Origin: Malacoraja senta
Taxonomy: Eukaryota
DNA length: 64,000 bases
Assembly: GCA_038087875.1 (NCBI GenBank)
Contig: CM075990.1
Span: 310,001-374,000, forward strand
Reading direction: 5' to 3'
Below the pieces are notes generated by a model. That model was not told where the DNA came from and ran no database searches. It saw nothing but the letters and a program-made list of their open reading frames with translations. Both the position numbers and the translations under genes were made by a program. Below, piece by piece: positions 11,497-26,376 of the stretch (its first letter is position 1; the number at the start of each line of letters is the position of its first letter).

Positions 11497-14400
11497 ACCA
11501 ACAGACATTTTTTTTTGCCATGCAGCCTTTCAAAGCAGTTACCACCACCAACAACAGCCTTTTTTTGCAGTGCAGCCTTTAAAAGTAGTTACCACCACCA
11601 ACAAAAGCCTTTTTTTTGCCGTGCAGCCTTATAAAGCATTTACCACAACCAACAACAGCCATTTTTTTTGCAGTGCAGCCATTCAAAGCAGTTACCACCA
11701 CCAACAACAGCCATTTTTTGCAGTGCATCCTGTCAAAGCAGTTACCACCACCAACAACAGACATTTCTTTGCAGTGCAGCCTTTCAAAGCAGGTACCACC
11801 GCCAACAACAGCCATTTATTATTGCAGTGCAACTACCTTTAAAAGCAGTTACCACCACCAACAGCCATTTTTTTTGCAGTGCAGCAGCCTTTCAAAGCAG
11901 TTACCACCACTAACAAAAGCATTTTTTTGGCAGTGCAGCCTTTCAAAGCAGTTACCACCACCAACAACAGCTGTTCATTTTGCAGTGCAGCCTTTCAAAG
12001 CAGTTACCTCCACCAACAACAGCCATTTTTTTTGCAGTGCAGCCTTTCAAAGCAGTTACCACCACCACCAACAGCCATTTTTTTTGCAGGGCAGCTTTTA
12101 AAAGCAGTTACCACCACCAACTGCCGCCATTTTTTTTGCAATGAAGTCTTTCAAAGTATTTACCACCACCAACAGCAATTTTTTTTTGCAATGCAGCCTT
12201 GCAAAGCAGTTACCACCACCAACAGCCATTATTTTTTTGCAGTGCAACCTTTCAAAGCAGTTACCACCAACAACATCATTCTTTCTTTTTTTGCAGTGCA
12301 GCCATTTAAAAGCAGTTAATACCACCAACAAAAGTCTTTTTTTTTTGCAGTGCAGCCTTTTAAAAGCAGTTACCACCACCAACATCAGCCTTTTTTTTTT
12401 ACAGTGCAGCCTTTCAAAGCAGTTACTAACACGAACAGCCATTTTTTTTGCAGTGCAGCCTTTCAAAGCAGTTACCACCACCAACAGCAGCCATTTTTAT
12501 TTGCAGTGCAGCCTTTCAAAGTAGTTACCACCAGCAACAGCCATTTTTTTGCAATGGAGTCTTTCAAAGCAGTTACCACCACCAACAGCCATTCATTTTG
12601 CAGTACAGCCTTTCAAAGCAGTTACCACCACCAACAACAGCCATTTTTTCTTTGCAGTGCGCCTTTCAAAGCAGTGCAGCAGCCTTTCAAAGCAGTTACC
12701 ACCACCAACAAAAGCATTTTTGCCGTGCAGCCTATCAAAGCAGTTACCAGCACCAACAACAGCCATTTTTTCTTTGCAGTGTGCCTTTCAAAGCAGTTAC
12801 CACCAACAACAACAGCCATTTTTTTTGCAGTGCAGCCTTTCAAAGCAGTTACCACCACCAACAACAGCCATTTTTATTTGCAGTGCAGCCTTTCAAAGCA
12901 GTTGCCATCAACAACAGCCATTATTATTTGCAATGCAACATTTTAAAAGCAGTTACCACTACCAACAACAGCCATGTTTTTGCAGTGCAGCTTTTCAAAG
13001 CTGTTACCACCACCAACAACCATTTTTTGCAGTGCAACCTTTCAAAGTTACTACCACCAACAACAGCCATTTCTATTTGCAGTGCAGCCTTTCAAAGTAG
13101 TTACCATCTCCAACAGCCATTTTTTTTTGCAGTGCAGCCATTCAAAGCAGTTACCACCACCAACAAAATTATTTCATTTTTGCAGTGCAGCCTTTTAAAA
13201 GCAGTTACCACCACCAACAACAGCCTTTTTTTTTGAAGTGCTGCCTTTCAAAGCAGTTACCACCACCAACAACAGCCATTTTTTGCAATGCAGCCTTTCA
13301 AAGCAGTTACCACCACCAATAAAAGCCTTTTTTTTCCAGTGCAGCCTATTAAAAGCAGCTACCACCACCAACAACAGCCATTTTTTTTGCAGTGCAGACT
13401 TTCAAAGCAGTTACCATCACCACCAACAGGCATTTTTTTTGCAGTGCAGACTTTCAAAGCAGTTACCACCACCAACAACATCCATTATTTTTTGCAGTGC
13501 AGCCTTTCAAAGCAGTTACCACCACCAACACAATTCTTTTTTTTTGTGGTGCAGCCATTTAAAAGCAGTTACCACCACCAACAGCCATTATTTTTTGCAG
13601 TGCAGCCTTTCAAAGCAGTTACCACCACCAACAACATTCTTTTTTTTTGCGGTGCAGCCATTTAAAAGCAGTTACCACCACTAACAACAGCCTTCTTTTT
13701 TTTGCAGTGCAGGCTTTCAAAGCAGTTACCACCACCAACAACAGCCATGTTTATTTGCAGTGCAACCTTTCTAAGCAGTTACCAGCACCAACAACAGCCA
13801 TTTTTTTTTAGCAGTACAGCCTTTCAAAGCAGTTACCACCACCAACAGCCATTTTTATTTGCAGTGCAGCCTTTCAAAGCGGTTACCGCCACCAACAACA
13901 GCCATTTTTTTGCAGTGCAGCCTTTCAAAGCAGTTATCACCACCAACAACAGCCATTTTTTTTAGCAGTACCGCCTTTCAAAGTAGTTCCCACCACCAAC
14001 AGCCATTTTTATTTGCAGTGCAGCCTTTCAAAGCAGTTACCACCACCAACAACAACCATTTTTTTGCAGTGCAGCCTTTTGAAAGCAGTTACCACCACCA
14101 ACAACAGCCATTTTTATTTGCAGTGTAGCCTTTCAAAGCGGTTACCACCAACAACAACAGCCATTTTTTTGCAGTGCAGCCTTTCAAAGCAGTTACCACC
14201 ACCAACAACAGCCATTTTTTCTTTGCAGTGCGCCTTTCAAAGCAGTGCAGCAGCCTTTCAAAGCAGTTACCACCACCAACAAAAGCATTTTTTGCCGTGC
14301 AGCCTTTCAAAGCAGTTACCACCAACAACAACAGCCATTTTTTTTGTTGCAGTGCAGACTTTGAAAGCAGTTACCACCACCAACAACAACCATTTTTTTT

Positions 14401-17400
14401 GCAGTGCAAACTTTCAAAGCAGTTACTACCAACAACAGCCATTTTTTTTTGCAGTGCAGCCTTTCAAAGCAGTTACCACCACCAACAACAGACATTTTTA
14501 TTTGCAGTGCAGCCTTTCAAAGCAGTTACCATCAACAACAGCCATTATTATTTGCAATGCAACATTTTAAAAGCAGTTACCACCACCAACAACAGCCATT
14601 ATTTTTTGCAATGCAGCCTTTCAAAGCAGATACCACCACCAACATCATTATTTCCTTTTTGCAGTGCAGCCTTTCAAAGCAGTTACCACCACCAACAACA
14701 GCAATTTTTTTGCAGTGCAGCCTTTCAAAGCAGTTACCACCACCACCAACAGCCATTTTTTTGCAGTGCAGCCTTTCAAAGCAGTTACCACCACTAACAA
14801 CAGCCATTTTTTTGCAGTACAGCCTTTCAAAGCAGTTACCACCACCAACAACAGCATTTTTTTTGCAGTGCAGAATTTCAAAGCAGTTACCACCACCACC
14901 AACAACAGCCATTTTTTTGCAGTGCAGCCTTTCAAAGCAGTTACCACCACCAACAACAGCCATTTATTTTTGCAGTGCAGTCTTTCAACGCATTTACCAC
15001 TACCAACAACAGCAATTTTTTTTGCAGTGCAGCCTTTCAAAGCAGTTACCACCACCAACAACAGCAATTTTTTTGCAGTGCAGTCTTTTAAAAGCAGTTA
15101 CCACCACCAACAACAGCCATGTTTTTGCAGTGCAGCTTTTCAAAGCTGTTACCACCACCAACAACCATTTTTTTGCAGTGCAACCTTTCAAAGTTGCTAC
15201 CAGCAACAACAGCCATTTCTATTTGCAGTCCAGCCTTTCAAAGTAGTTACCATCTCCAACAACAGCCATTTTTTTTGTCGTGCAGCCTTTCAAAGCAGTT
15301 ACCACCACCAACAAAATTATTTATTTTTTGCAGTGCAGCCTTTTAAAAGCAGTTACCACCACCAACAACAGCCTTTTTTTTGAAGTGCTGCCTTTCAAAG
15401 CAGTTACCACCACCAACAACAGCCATTTTTTGCAATGCAGCCTTTCAAAGCAGTTACCACCACCAATAAAAGCCTTTTTTTTTCCAGTGCAGCCTATTAA
15501 AAGCAGCTACCACCACCAACAACAGCCATTTTTTTTGCAGTGCAGACTTTCAAAGCAGTTACCATCACCACCAACAGGCATTTTTTTTGCAGTGCAGACT
15601 TTCAAAGCAGTTACCACCACCAACAACATCCATTATTTTTTGCAGTGCAGCCTTTCAAAGCAGTTACCACCACCAACACAATTCTTTTTTTTTGCGGTGC
15701 AGCCATTTAAAAGCAGTTACCACCACCAACAGCCATTATTTTTTGCAGTGCAGCCTTTCAAAGCAGTTACCACCACCAACAACATTCTTTTTTTTGCGGT
15801 GCAGCCATTTAAAAGCAGTTACCACCACTAACAACAGCCTTCTTTTTTTTGCAGTGCAGGCTTTCAAAGCAGTTACCACCACCAACAACAGCCATGTTTA
15901 TTTGCAGTGCAACCTTTCTAAGCAGTTACCAGCACCAACAACAGCCATTTTTTTTTAGCAGTACAGCCTTTCAAAGCAGTTACCACCACCAACAGCCATT
16001 TTTATTTGCAGTGCAGCCTTTCAAAGCGGTTACCGCCACCAACAACAGCCATTTTTTTGCAGTGCAGCCTTTCAAAGCAGTTATCACCACCAACAACAGC
16101 CATTTTTTTTAGCAGTACCGCCTTTCAAAGTAGTTCCCACCACCAACAGCCATTTTTATTTGCAGTGCAGCCTTTCAAAGCAGTTACCACCACCAACAAC
16201 AACCATTTTTTTGCAGTGCAGCCTTTTGAAAGCAGTTACCACCACCAACAACAGCCATTTTTATTTGCAGTGTAGCCTTTCAAAGCAGTTACTACCACCA
16301 ACAACAACAGCCATTTTTTTGCAGTGCAGCCTTTCAAAGCAGTGCAGCAGCCTTTCAAAGCAGTTACCACCACCAACAAAAGCATTTTTTGCCGTGCAGC
16401 CTTTCAAAGCAGTTACCACCAACAACAACAGCCATTTTTTTTGTTGCAGTGCAGACTTTCAAAGCAGTTACCACCACCAACAACAACCATTTTTTTTGCA
16501 GTGCAAACTTTCAAAGCAGTTACTACCACCAACAGCCATTTTTTTTTGCATTGCAGCCTTTCAAAGCAGTTACCACCACCAACAACAGACATTTTTATTT
16601 GCAGTGCAGCCTTTCAAAGCAGTTACCATCAACAACAGCCATTATTATTTGCAATGCAACATTTTAAAAGCAGTTACCACCACCAACAACAGCCATTATT
16701 TTTTGCAATGCAGCCTTTCAAAGCAGATACCACCACCAACATCATTATTTCTTTTTTGCAGTGCAGCCTTTCAAAGCAGTTACCACCACCAACAACAGCA
16801 ATTTTTTTGCAGTGCAGCCTTTCAAAGCAGTTACCACCACCACCAACAGCCATTTTTTTTGCAGTGCAGCCTTTCAAAGCAGTTACCACCACTAACAACA
16901 GCCATTTTTTTGCAGTACAGCCTTTCAAAGCAGTTACCACCACCAACATCAGCCTTTTTTTTGCAGTGCATCCTTTCAAAGCAGTTACCACCACCAACAG
17001 ACATTTTTTTTGTTGCAGTGCAGCCTTTCATAGCAGTTACCACCACCAACAACAGCAATTTTGTTTGCAGTGCAGCCTTTTAAAAGCAGTTACCACCACC
17101 AACAACAGCCATGTTTTTGCAGTGCAGATTTTCAAAGCTGTTACCACCACCAACAACCATTTTTTGCAGTGCAACCTTTCAAAGTTACTACCACCAACAA
17201 CAGCCATTTCTATTTGCAGTGCAGCCTTTCAAAGTAGTTACCATCTCCAACAGCCATTTTTTTTTGCAGTGCAGCCTTTCATAGCAGTTACCACCACCAA
17301 CAAAATTATTTCTTTTTTGCAGTGCAGCCTTTTAAAAGCAGTCACCACCACCAACAACAGACTTTTTTTTTGAAGTGCTGCCTTTCAAAGCAGTTACCAC

Positions 17401-20400
17401 CACCAACAACAGCCATTTTTTGCAGTGCGCCTTTCAAAGCAGTTACTACCACCAACAGCCATTTTTTTTTGCATTGCAGCCTTTCAAACCAGTTACCACC
17501 ACCAACAACAGCCATTTTTATTTGCAGTGCAGCCTTTCAAAGCAGTTACCACCACCAACAAGAGCCTTTTTTTTTGCAGTGCAGCCATTCAAAGCAGTTA
17601 CCACCACCAACAACAGCCATTTATTTTTGCAGTGCAGTCTTTCAACGCATTTACCACTACCAACAACAGCAATTTTTTTTGCAATGCAGCCTTTCAAAGC
17701 AGTTACCACCACCAACGTCAGGCATTTTTTTGCAATGCAACATTTTAAAAGCAGTTACCACCACCAACAACAGCCATTATTTTTTGCAGTGCAGCCTTTC
17801 AAAGCAGATACCACCACCAACAAAATTATTTATTTTTTGCAGTGCAGCCTTTTAAAAGCAGTTACCACCACCAACAACAGCCTTTTTTTTGAAGTGCTGC
17901 CTTTCAAAGCAGTTACCACCACCAACAACAGCCATTTTTTGCAATGCAGCCTTTCAAAGCAGTTATCACCACCAACAACAGCCATTTTTTTAGCAGTACA
18001 GCCTTTCAAAGTAGTTCCCACCACCAACAGCCATTTTTATTTGCAGTGCAGCCTTTCAAAGCAGTTACCACCACCAACAACAACCATTTTTTTGCAGTGC
18101 AGCCTTTTGAAAGCAGTTACCACCACCAACAACAGCCATTTTTATTTGCAGTGCAGCCTTTCAAAGCGGTTACCACCACCAACAACAGCCATTTTTTTGC
18201 AGTGCAGCCTTTCAAAGCAGTTACCACCACCAACAACAGCCATTTTTTCTTTGCAGTGCGCCTTTCAAAGCAGTGCAGCAGCCTTTCAAAGCAGTTACCA
18301 CCACCAACAAAAGCATTTTTTGCCGTGCAGCCTTTCAAAGCAGTTACCACCAACAAAAACAGCCATTTTTTTTGTTGCATTGCAGCCTTTCAAAGCAGTT
18401 ACCACCACCAACAACAGACATTTTTATTTGCAGTGCAGCCTTTCAAAGCAGTTACCATCAACAACAGCCATTATTATTTGCAATGCAACATTTTAAAAGC
18501 AGTTACCACCACCAACAACAGCCATTATTTTTTGCAATGCAGCCTTTCAAAGCAGATACCACCACCAACATCATTATTTCTTTTTTGCAGTGCAGCCTTT
18601 CAAAGCAGTTACCACCACCAACAACAGCAATTTTTTTGCAGTGCAGCCTTTCAAAGCAGTTACCACCACCACCAACAGCCATTTTTTTGCAGTGCAGCCT
18701 TTCAAAGCAGTTACCACCACTAACAACAGCCATTTTTTTGCAGTACAGCCTTTCAAAACAGTTACCACCACCAACATCAGCCTTTTTTTTGCAGTGCATC
18801 CTTTCAAAGCAGTTACCACCACCAACAGACATTTTTTTTGTTGCAGTGCAGCCTTTCATAGCAGTTACCACCACCAACAACAGCAATTTTTTTTGCAGTG
18901 CAGCCTTTTAAAAGCAGTTACCACCACCAACAACAGCCATGTTTTTGCAGTGCAGATTTTCAAAGCTGTTACCACCACCAACAACCATTTTTTGCAGTGC
19001 AACCTTTCAAAGTTACTACCACCAACAACAGCCATTTCTATTTGCAGTCCAGCCTTTCAAAGTAGTTACCATCTCCAACAGCCATTTTTTTTGCAGTGCA
19101 GCCTTTCATAGCAGTTACCACCACCAACAAAATTATTTCTTTTTTGCAGTGCAGCCTTTTAAAAGCAGTTACCACCACCAACAACAGACTTTTTTTTTGA
19201 AGTGCTGCCTTTCAAAGCAGTTACCACCACCAACAACAGCCATTTTTTGCAGTGCGCCTTTCAAAGCAGTTACTACCACCAACAGCCATTTTTTTTGCAT
19301 TGCAGCCTTTCAAACCAGTTACCACCACCAACAACAGCCATTTTTATTTGCAGTGCAGCCTTTCAAAGCAGTTACCACCACCAACAAGAGCCTTTTTTTT
19401 TGCAGTGCAGCCATTCAAAGCAGTTACCACCACCAACAACAGCCATTTATTTTTGCAGTGCAGTCTTTCAACGCATTTACCACTACCAACAACAGCAATT
19501 TTTTTTGCAATGCAGCCTTTCAAAGCAGTTACCACCACCAACATCAGGCATTTTTTTGCAATGCAACATTTTAAAAGCAGTTACCACCACCAACAACAGC
19601 CATTATTTTTTGCAGTGCAGCCTTTCAAAGCAGATACCACCACCAACAAAATTATTTATTTTTTGCAGTGCAGCCTTTTAAAAGCAGTTACCACCACCAA
19701 CAACAGCCATGTTTTTGCAGTGCAGATTTTCAAAGCTGTTACCACCACCAACAACCATTTTTTGCAGTGCAACCTTTCAAAGTTACTACCACCAACAACA
19801 GCCATTTCTATTTGCAGTCCAGCCTTTCAAAGTAGTTACCATCTCCAACAGCCATTTTTTTTGCAGTGCAGCCTTTCATAGCAGTTACCACCACCAACAA
19901 AATTATTTCTTTTTTGCAGTGCAGCCTTTTAAAAGCAGTTACCACCACCAACAACAGACTTTTTTTTTGAAGTGCTGCCTTTCAAAGCAGTTACCACCAC
20001 CAACAACAGCCATTTTTTGCAGTGCGCCTTTCAAAGCAGTTACTACCACCAACAGCCATTTTTTTGCATTGCAGCCTTTCAAACCAGTTACCACCACCAA
20101 CAACAGCCATTTTTATTTGCAGTGCAGCCTTTCAAAGCAGTTACCACCACCAACAAGAGCCTTTTTTTTTGCAGTGCAGCCATTCAAAGCAGTTACCACC
20201 ACCAACAACAGCCATTTATTTTTGCAGTGCAGTCTTTCAACGCATTTACCACTACCAACAACAGCAATTTTTTTTGCAATGCAGCCTTTCAAAGCAGTTA
20301 CCACCACCAACATCAGGCATTTTTTTGCAATGCAACATTTTAAAAGCAGTTACCACCACCAACAACAGCCATTATTTTTTGCAGTGCAGCCTTTCAAAGC

Positions 20401-22772
20401 AGATACCACCACCAACAAAATTATTTATTTTTTGCAGTGCAGCCTTTTAAAAGCAGTTACCACCACCAACAACAGCCTTTTTTTTGAAGTGCTGCCTTTC
20501 AAAGCAGTTACCACCACCAACAACAGCCATTTTTTGCAATGCAGCCTTTCAAGGCAGTTACCACCACCAACAAAAGCCTTTCTTTCCAGTGCAGCCTATT
20601 AAAAGCAGCTACCACCACCAACAACAGCTATTTTTTTTGCAGTGCAGACTTTCAAAGCAGTTACCATCACCACCAACAGGCATTTTTTTTGCATTGCAGA
20701 CTTTCAAAGCAGTTACCACCACCAACAACATCCATTATTTTTTGCAGTGCAGCCTTTCAAAGCAGTTACCACCACCAACAACATTCTTTTTTGCAGTGCA
20801 GCCTTTCAAAGCAGTTACCACCACCAACAACATTCTTTTTTTTTGCGGTGCAGCCATTTAAAAGCAGTTACCACCACTAACAACAGCATTTTTTTTTGCA
20901 GTGCAAGCTTTCAAAGCAGTTACCACCACCAACAACAGCCATGTTTATTTGCAGTGCAACCTTTCTAAGCAGTTACCACCACCAACAACAGCCATTTTTT
21001 TTAGCAGTACAGCCTTTCAAAGCAGTTACCACCACCAACAGCCATTTTTATTTGCAGTGCAGCCTTTCAAAGCGGTTACCACCACCAACAACAGCCATTT
21101 TTTTTTAGCAGTACAGCCTTTCAAAGCAGTTACCATCAACAACAGCCATTATTATTTGCAATGCAACATTTTAAAAGCAGTTACCACCACCAACAACAGC
21201 CATTATTTTTTGCAATGCAGTCTTTCAAAGCAGATACCACCACCAACATCATTATTATTTATTTTTTGCAGTGCAGCCTCTCAAAGCAGTTACCACCACC
21301 AACAACAGCAATTTTTTTGCAGTGCAGCCTTTCAAAGCAGTTACCACCACCACCAACAGCCATTTTTTTGCAGTGCAGCCTTTCAAAGCAGTTACCACCA
21401 CTAACAACAACCATTTTTTTGCAGTGCATCCTTTCAAAGCAGTTACCATCACCAACAGACATTTTTTTTGTTGCAGTGCAGCATTTCATAGCAGTTACCA
21501 CCACCAACAACAGCCATTTTTTTTGCAGTGCAGCCTTTTAAAAGCAGTTACCACCACCAACAACAGCCATGTTTTTGCAGTGCAGCTTTTCTAAGCCGTT
21601 TCCACCACCAACAACCATTTTTTGCAGTGCAACCTTTCAAAGTTACTACCATCAACAACAGCCATTTTTTTTGCAGTGCAGCCTTTCAAAGCAGTTACCA
21701 CCACCAACAACAGCCTTTTTTTTTGCAGTGCAGCCATTCAAAGCAGTTACCACCACCAACAACAGCCATTTTTTTTGCAGTGCAGTCATTCAATGCAGTT
21801 ACCACCACCAACAACAGCAATTTTTTTTGCAATGCAGCCTTTCAAAGCAGTTACCACCACCAACATCAGGCATTTTTTTGCAATGCAACATTTTAAAAGC
21901 AGTTACCACCACCAACAACAGCCATTATTTTTTGCAGTGCAGCCTTTCAAAGCAGATACCACCACCAACAAAATTATTTATTTTTTGCAGTGCAGCCTTT
22001 TAAAAGCAGTTACCACCACCAACAACAGCCTTTTTTTTTGAAGTGCTGCCTTTCAAAGCAGTTACCACCACCAACAACAGCCATTTTTTGCAATGCAGCC
22101 TTTCAAAGCAGTTACCACCACCAACAAAAGCCTTTATTTTCCAGTGCAGCCTATTAAAAGCAGCTACCACCACCAACAACATCCATTATTTTTTGCAGTG
22201 CAGCCTTTCAAAGCAGTTACCACCACCAACAGGCATTTTTTTTGCAGTGCAGCCTTTCAAAGCAGTTACCACCACCAACAACATTCTTTTTTTTGCGGTG
22301 CAGCCATTTAAAAGCAGTTACCACCACAAACAACAGCATTTTTTTTGCAGTGCAGGCTTTCAAAGCAGTTACCACCACCAACAACAGCCATGTTTATTTG
22401 CAGTGCAACCTTTCTAAGCAGTTACCACCACCAACAACAGCCATTTTTTTTAGCAGTACAGCCTTTCAAAGTAGTTCCCACCACCAACAGCCATTTTAAT
22501 TTGCAGTGCAGCCTTTCAAAGCAGTTACCACCACCAACAACAACCATTTTTTTGCAGTGCAGCCTTTTGAAAGCAGTTACCACCACCAACAACAGCCATT
22601 TTTTTGCAGTGCAGCCTTTCAAAGCAGTTACCACCACCTACAACAGCCATTTTTTTTTGCAGTGGAGCCTTTCAAAGCGGTTACCACCACCAACAACAGC
22701 CATTTTTTTTGCAGTGCAACCTTTCAAAGCAGTTACCACCACCAACAACAGCCATTATTTTTGCAGTGCAAC
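11497..22772. repeat. About 52-bp satellite, roughly 210-215 units, with higher-order repeats
   Basis: Consensus GCAGTGCAGCCTTTCAAAGCAGTTACCACCACCAACAACAGCCATTTTTTT(T). Confidence 0.98.
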
Positions 22773-22802
22773 AATATTTTCATTTTCAAACCATGTTAAG
22801 GG

Positions 22803-22930
22803 CACTCACAGTTGAGTAGACATGTGTTCAGTGTTATTCAGAGCTCAGAGAGATGTGACCCTCTCGTTTCTCCATCTTGCCGAGACTGAGTGAGGCACAC
22901 CACTTCCAGGTTTTATAGTCCCTCCCCACA
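22803..22930 (-). promoter_or_regulatory. Predicted Pol II core promoter and first exon in copy C, facing the 52-bp array
   Basis: TATAAAA 22917-22911, Inr TCAGTCT with A at 22887 (30 nt downstream), CAAGATGG, GTGAGT donor at about 22809. Confidence 0.5.
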
Positions 22931-23689
22931 GCAGGGGCAGCAGAGAGAATGGTGAAATTTTTAAAAACATTAATATCTCTCCGATTTTATATCGATGGGG
23001 AAAATCCTCCAGTCCAGTCCAGCGGAAGGGGGCTCTGAGCGAGCTGGCCGTAAATGATGGCCGTAAGGTGCGGCGTTCTCTCAGAAATCATATTGCAGTG
23101 TCTAAAGCGGTCAAGTAATATAGAAATAGACAGGTAGAATAGTAAGATTAAAAGAGAACTTACCAGTTTGAAGTTTGAACTTTATTTTATGAGGAGTTAC
23201 ATTGGTGATTACGTGAAGAAGACCCATCAGGGCGCATGCGCGTCAATCTTCAAAGCAGCGGTATGAAATCACAGATAACAGAAAATATGAAGTAACATGA
23301 GAACTACCATATGACCTTTATGAGAGAGAGGGTTGGGCGTGGCGGGCATGTAATCATCAACGTAACTCCTCATAAAATAAAGTTCAAACTTCAAACTGGT
23401 AAGTTCTCGTTTAATCTTACTATTTTACTTCGGAGTCACTTTAGTGATTCCGTGAAGAGTTCAAAGCTCTGTGATTTTATGCCGCAGATTCAAATCCCGG
23501 CTTCTCACTGCATTGATTGACTTCGGATGAGAAACAATCAATAATTCGTTAAACATGAAATTGAATATCATGCAGTAACAATTGATTTGAATAATCAAAA
23601 CAAACAGTAACCCCTCTATCCCAGCGGAAACTAAACAGAACTTAATACTGAATTTGCAAACAGCCTCTCCCCGATCGGCAATCGGCCGA

Positions 23690-24600
23690 TGGAAAAAAAC
23701 ATTTGAAAAATCAATTCATGTGACCACCCGGCACCTGTAGGAATATGGTCGATGGGAACATCCATCGCCCTAGCCGACGACGTTGCTGCTGCACTAGTGG
23801 AAAAAGATATATACACATCAGTGTTATTACCTGCCTGAATCAACATTTGCTTTAAACCACCTTGAGATAGTCTGCACTGACACTCTCCTGTGTGGCTTCA
23901 TGTAACTGATAAACAATCCTGTTTCCACATTTCTTAAGGCCCTTGTAGCTTCAATATAAAGAAAATAAATGTGCCATTGCACATAAACATGGATCAGTAG
24001 GTTATGCTGAAAACACAATTTTAACAAACCTGTGACACCTGGCCTGCTCTGTTTGAGCAGGACGCAAATATATAACATAACATTCTCTTCAGCCACTTCC
24101 ATCCTGTCTAGCTGAAACTTTTGCAAAATCTGCACTTGCTATGCTGAACCAATGCCATGAGCATGACCACCTTCATGGTTAGTTTGGCAAATTCAGAGAC
24201 ATGACAGGAACCTACTGTCGAAGCATCTTGAGGACCACACTTACATCCCAGATCGCCATATACCTGGGTTTAGGAGGTTTGGAGTTGAAATTCCTTTCAT
24301 CAATCGAGCTATGAGATGATGAAAACGCAATAGGATCTTTTCCTGACCCCATCAAAATATACGAGGACAAAGCACTTAAAGCTGTATTAATGGCAATATA
24401 ACTGAGCCCCTCATCATCGTAGAGTGTCGACAGGAACTCTAAAATATCCACAATACCTGCAGTACTATAGTCAATATTATTTTGCTCCCATTTTTTACAT
24501 AAGTAATATACCGCTTTTGAGTACTCTTTCTCCAGACTGCAGTGAGCATGTCCACCGTTCGCCCAGACAGTCCTCGCACCAGGTATGGCCTTCTTTAAAC
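23690..24600 (-). pseudogene. DIRS tyrosine recombinase, frameshifted
   Basis: ILEFL...GLSY.AINTA.SALSS, PRY..IWDVSVVL, LKQSRPG, LFISY.KPH..VS.QTISRW, ST.AAATS.A...VPIDHI...AGWS. Confidence 0.85.
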
Positions 24601-24699
24601 CTGCAAATTAACAAGTCAATACGATCACATAACGGATGACTTACCCGTGTTAGCGGATGCTCCAGTAAATTCCTACGCTTGGGAACCACCAAAGGAGGT

Positions 24700-25010
24700 T
24701 GGATCGCTAACTGTAACATGTAAAGGAAACCATGCTTGAGTCAGGCAATTAGGTATTACAAGCACCCCCGAAGCGGCATCCTACTTGATTTTTTGCAGAC
24801 TCCGACCTATGAGGTAGAATGGTGGGAAAATATATAAAAACATACCACCCCAATGTAGCGCGAAAGCATCAATTGCAACTGCCCCCTGGTCTGGTTCCCA
24901 TGAAACATATTTAGGCAGCCGGTGGTTAAACCTCGATGCAAAACAAATCGATAATTGGCATTCACATACAAGTACTATATTATTGAACACCTCCTGGTTC
25001 AACATCCAAT
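24700..25010 (-). pseudogene. DIRS Dam-like methyltransferase domain remnant
   Basis: FASRFNHRLPKYVSWEPDQGAVAIDAFALHW...YIFPPF..IGRSLQKI. Confidence 0.75.
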
Positions 25011-26250
25011 CTGTGTTGTCATGGAACTTTTGTGACTTGGCGTCTGCTACTATGTTGAATCTACCTGGTAGATAAATAGCTGAAAACCAAATATCTTTTT
25101 CAATGCACCAGGCCCAAATTTGATTAGCTAATCTGTCACAAGATACCGACTTGATTCCACCGATGTAATTAATATATATGCCACTGCCGTAGTATTGTCA
25201 ATCTGAAACTGAACATGCAGGTTACCTTTGTTAGAGCAATAAGCCTTATCCATAAAAAGCTCTTAATAGTTAACTCCGCATGTCTGCAGAAGCGATGCCT
25301 CTTGCTCAGTCCATCTGCCTCCACAGCTGAAACTCGTATCCGTGACACCCCACCCGAGTGCACTGACATTCATCTGCAAAATCATGGAAGGCTGGTCAAG
25401 CACTGCCTTGCTAGAACTCCTGGACACATGTTGAATCCACCATTGCAAATCAGAAACAGCCTCTGCTCATAACTGCATGGGTCTATTATAATGACCCGAA
25501 TGTATCCTTAGTGCCTCTATTAGCTTGATACAGTTGTCAATTAGCTCAACCCTTTTTCCCTGGGCAGAGTCACTTAATTGAATCAATTGTGACCCAAATA
25601 GTCAGGTGTTAATTTGGATTTGGCTGGATGAATAATGCCCAATCTTTGAAAATTGGATTTAACAACTACCACTGGTTACTTCAGCTGTTCTCTTGGATCC
25701 CCTTGTAATCAAGATATCATCGAGATAAGCCATGAGCACCTGACCCTGGCCTCTCAGTATGCCTATTATAGGTTTTAATAATTTTGTGCCATAGTTGATC
25801 CATCCAGGTGCATTTCAAATATCCTCTATCCTGCAAATGAACAGACATTGAGTAATCCGCATCTTTAAGCTTTATAGTCACCATATAGCATCCTCTTGAC
25901 CCAGTTGCTTGGCAGTGACATTCCATCTTACAATGTCTATACTACATCCCCCATGCTTTTTTGGCCTAGGAAAATATTAGACACCAATTGATGGGGTTGG
26001 TGAACCGACTTTCCAATTACACCTTTATCACATAAGCTTCCAAGCGCAGTCTAAACATCCATTTGTTCTGTTAATGAAAACTGAACAGTTCTCCCAGCAA
26101 CATGCTGAATGTGCAAATCACAATTTGGATTGAGCTCCATTCGAAACCCTTGAATAACACTCAGTATAAACAGAGCTGAGGTAATTTGCTTCCATTCATC
26201 CCACAACAGATGTACTGTACCCCCAGATTTAAGTTGTGTCACATTTGATA
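25010..26250 (-). pseudogene. DIRS reverse transcriptase / RNase H, heavily disrupted
   Basis: WDEWKQITS...ILSVIQGF, YMVTIKLKDADYSM, QWWIQH...SALGWG...CGGRWT.QE. Confidence 0.8.
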
Positions 26251-26376
26251 TGTGCACCTGAGAACCAGGCCCACCTACCTCCTTGGTACCTGGTGGATCA
26301 CGTTGTACCCGGCTCCTGGCGGGAAAGCCGACATTTGACCGTGTTCCTGCTGCAGAATGCCACCTGCGCATCTGCA

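Larger units (their letters stand above)
10427..23124 (-). mobile_element. Non-autonomous Helitron-like element, copy C, with two internal tandem arrays
   Basis: 5' TCTATATTAC at 23124, 3' CTAG at 10427-10430 with the hairpin deleted; non-array parts are colinear with the reverse complement of copy D. Confidence 0.88.

Noticed and set aside
11570..22819. Many overlapping 100-370 aa ORFs
   Set aside because: Translations of the 52-bp satellite in all frames, with constant frameshifting at T-runs
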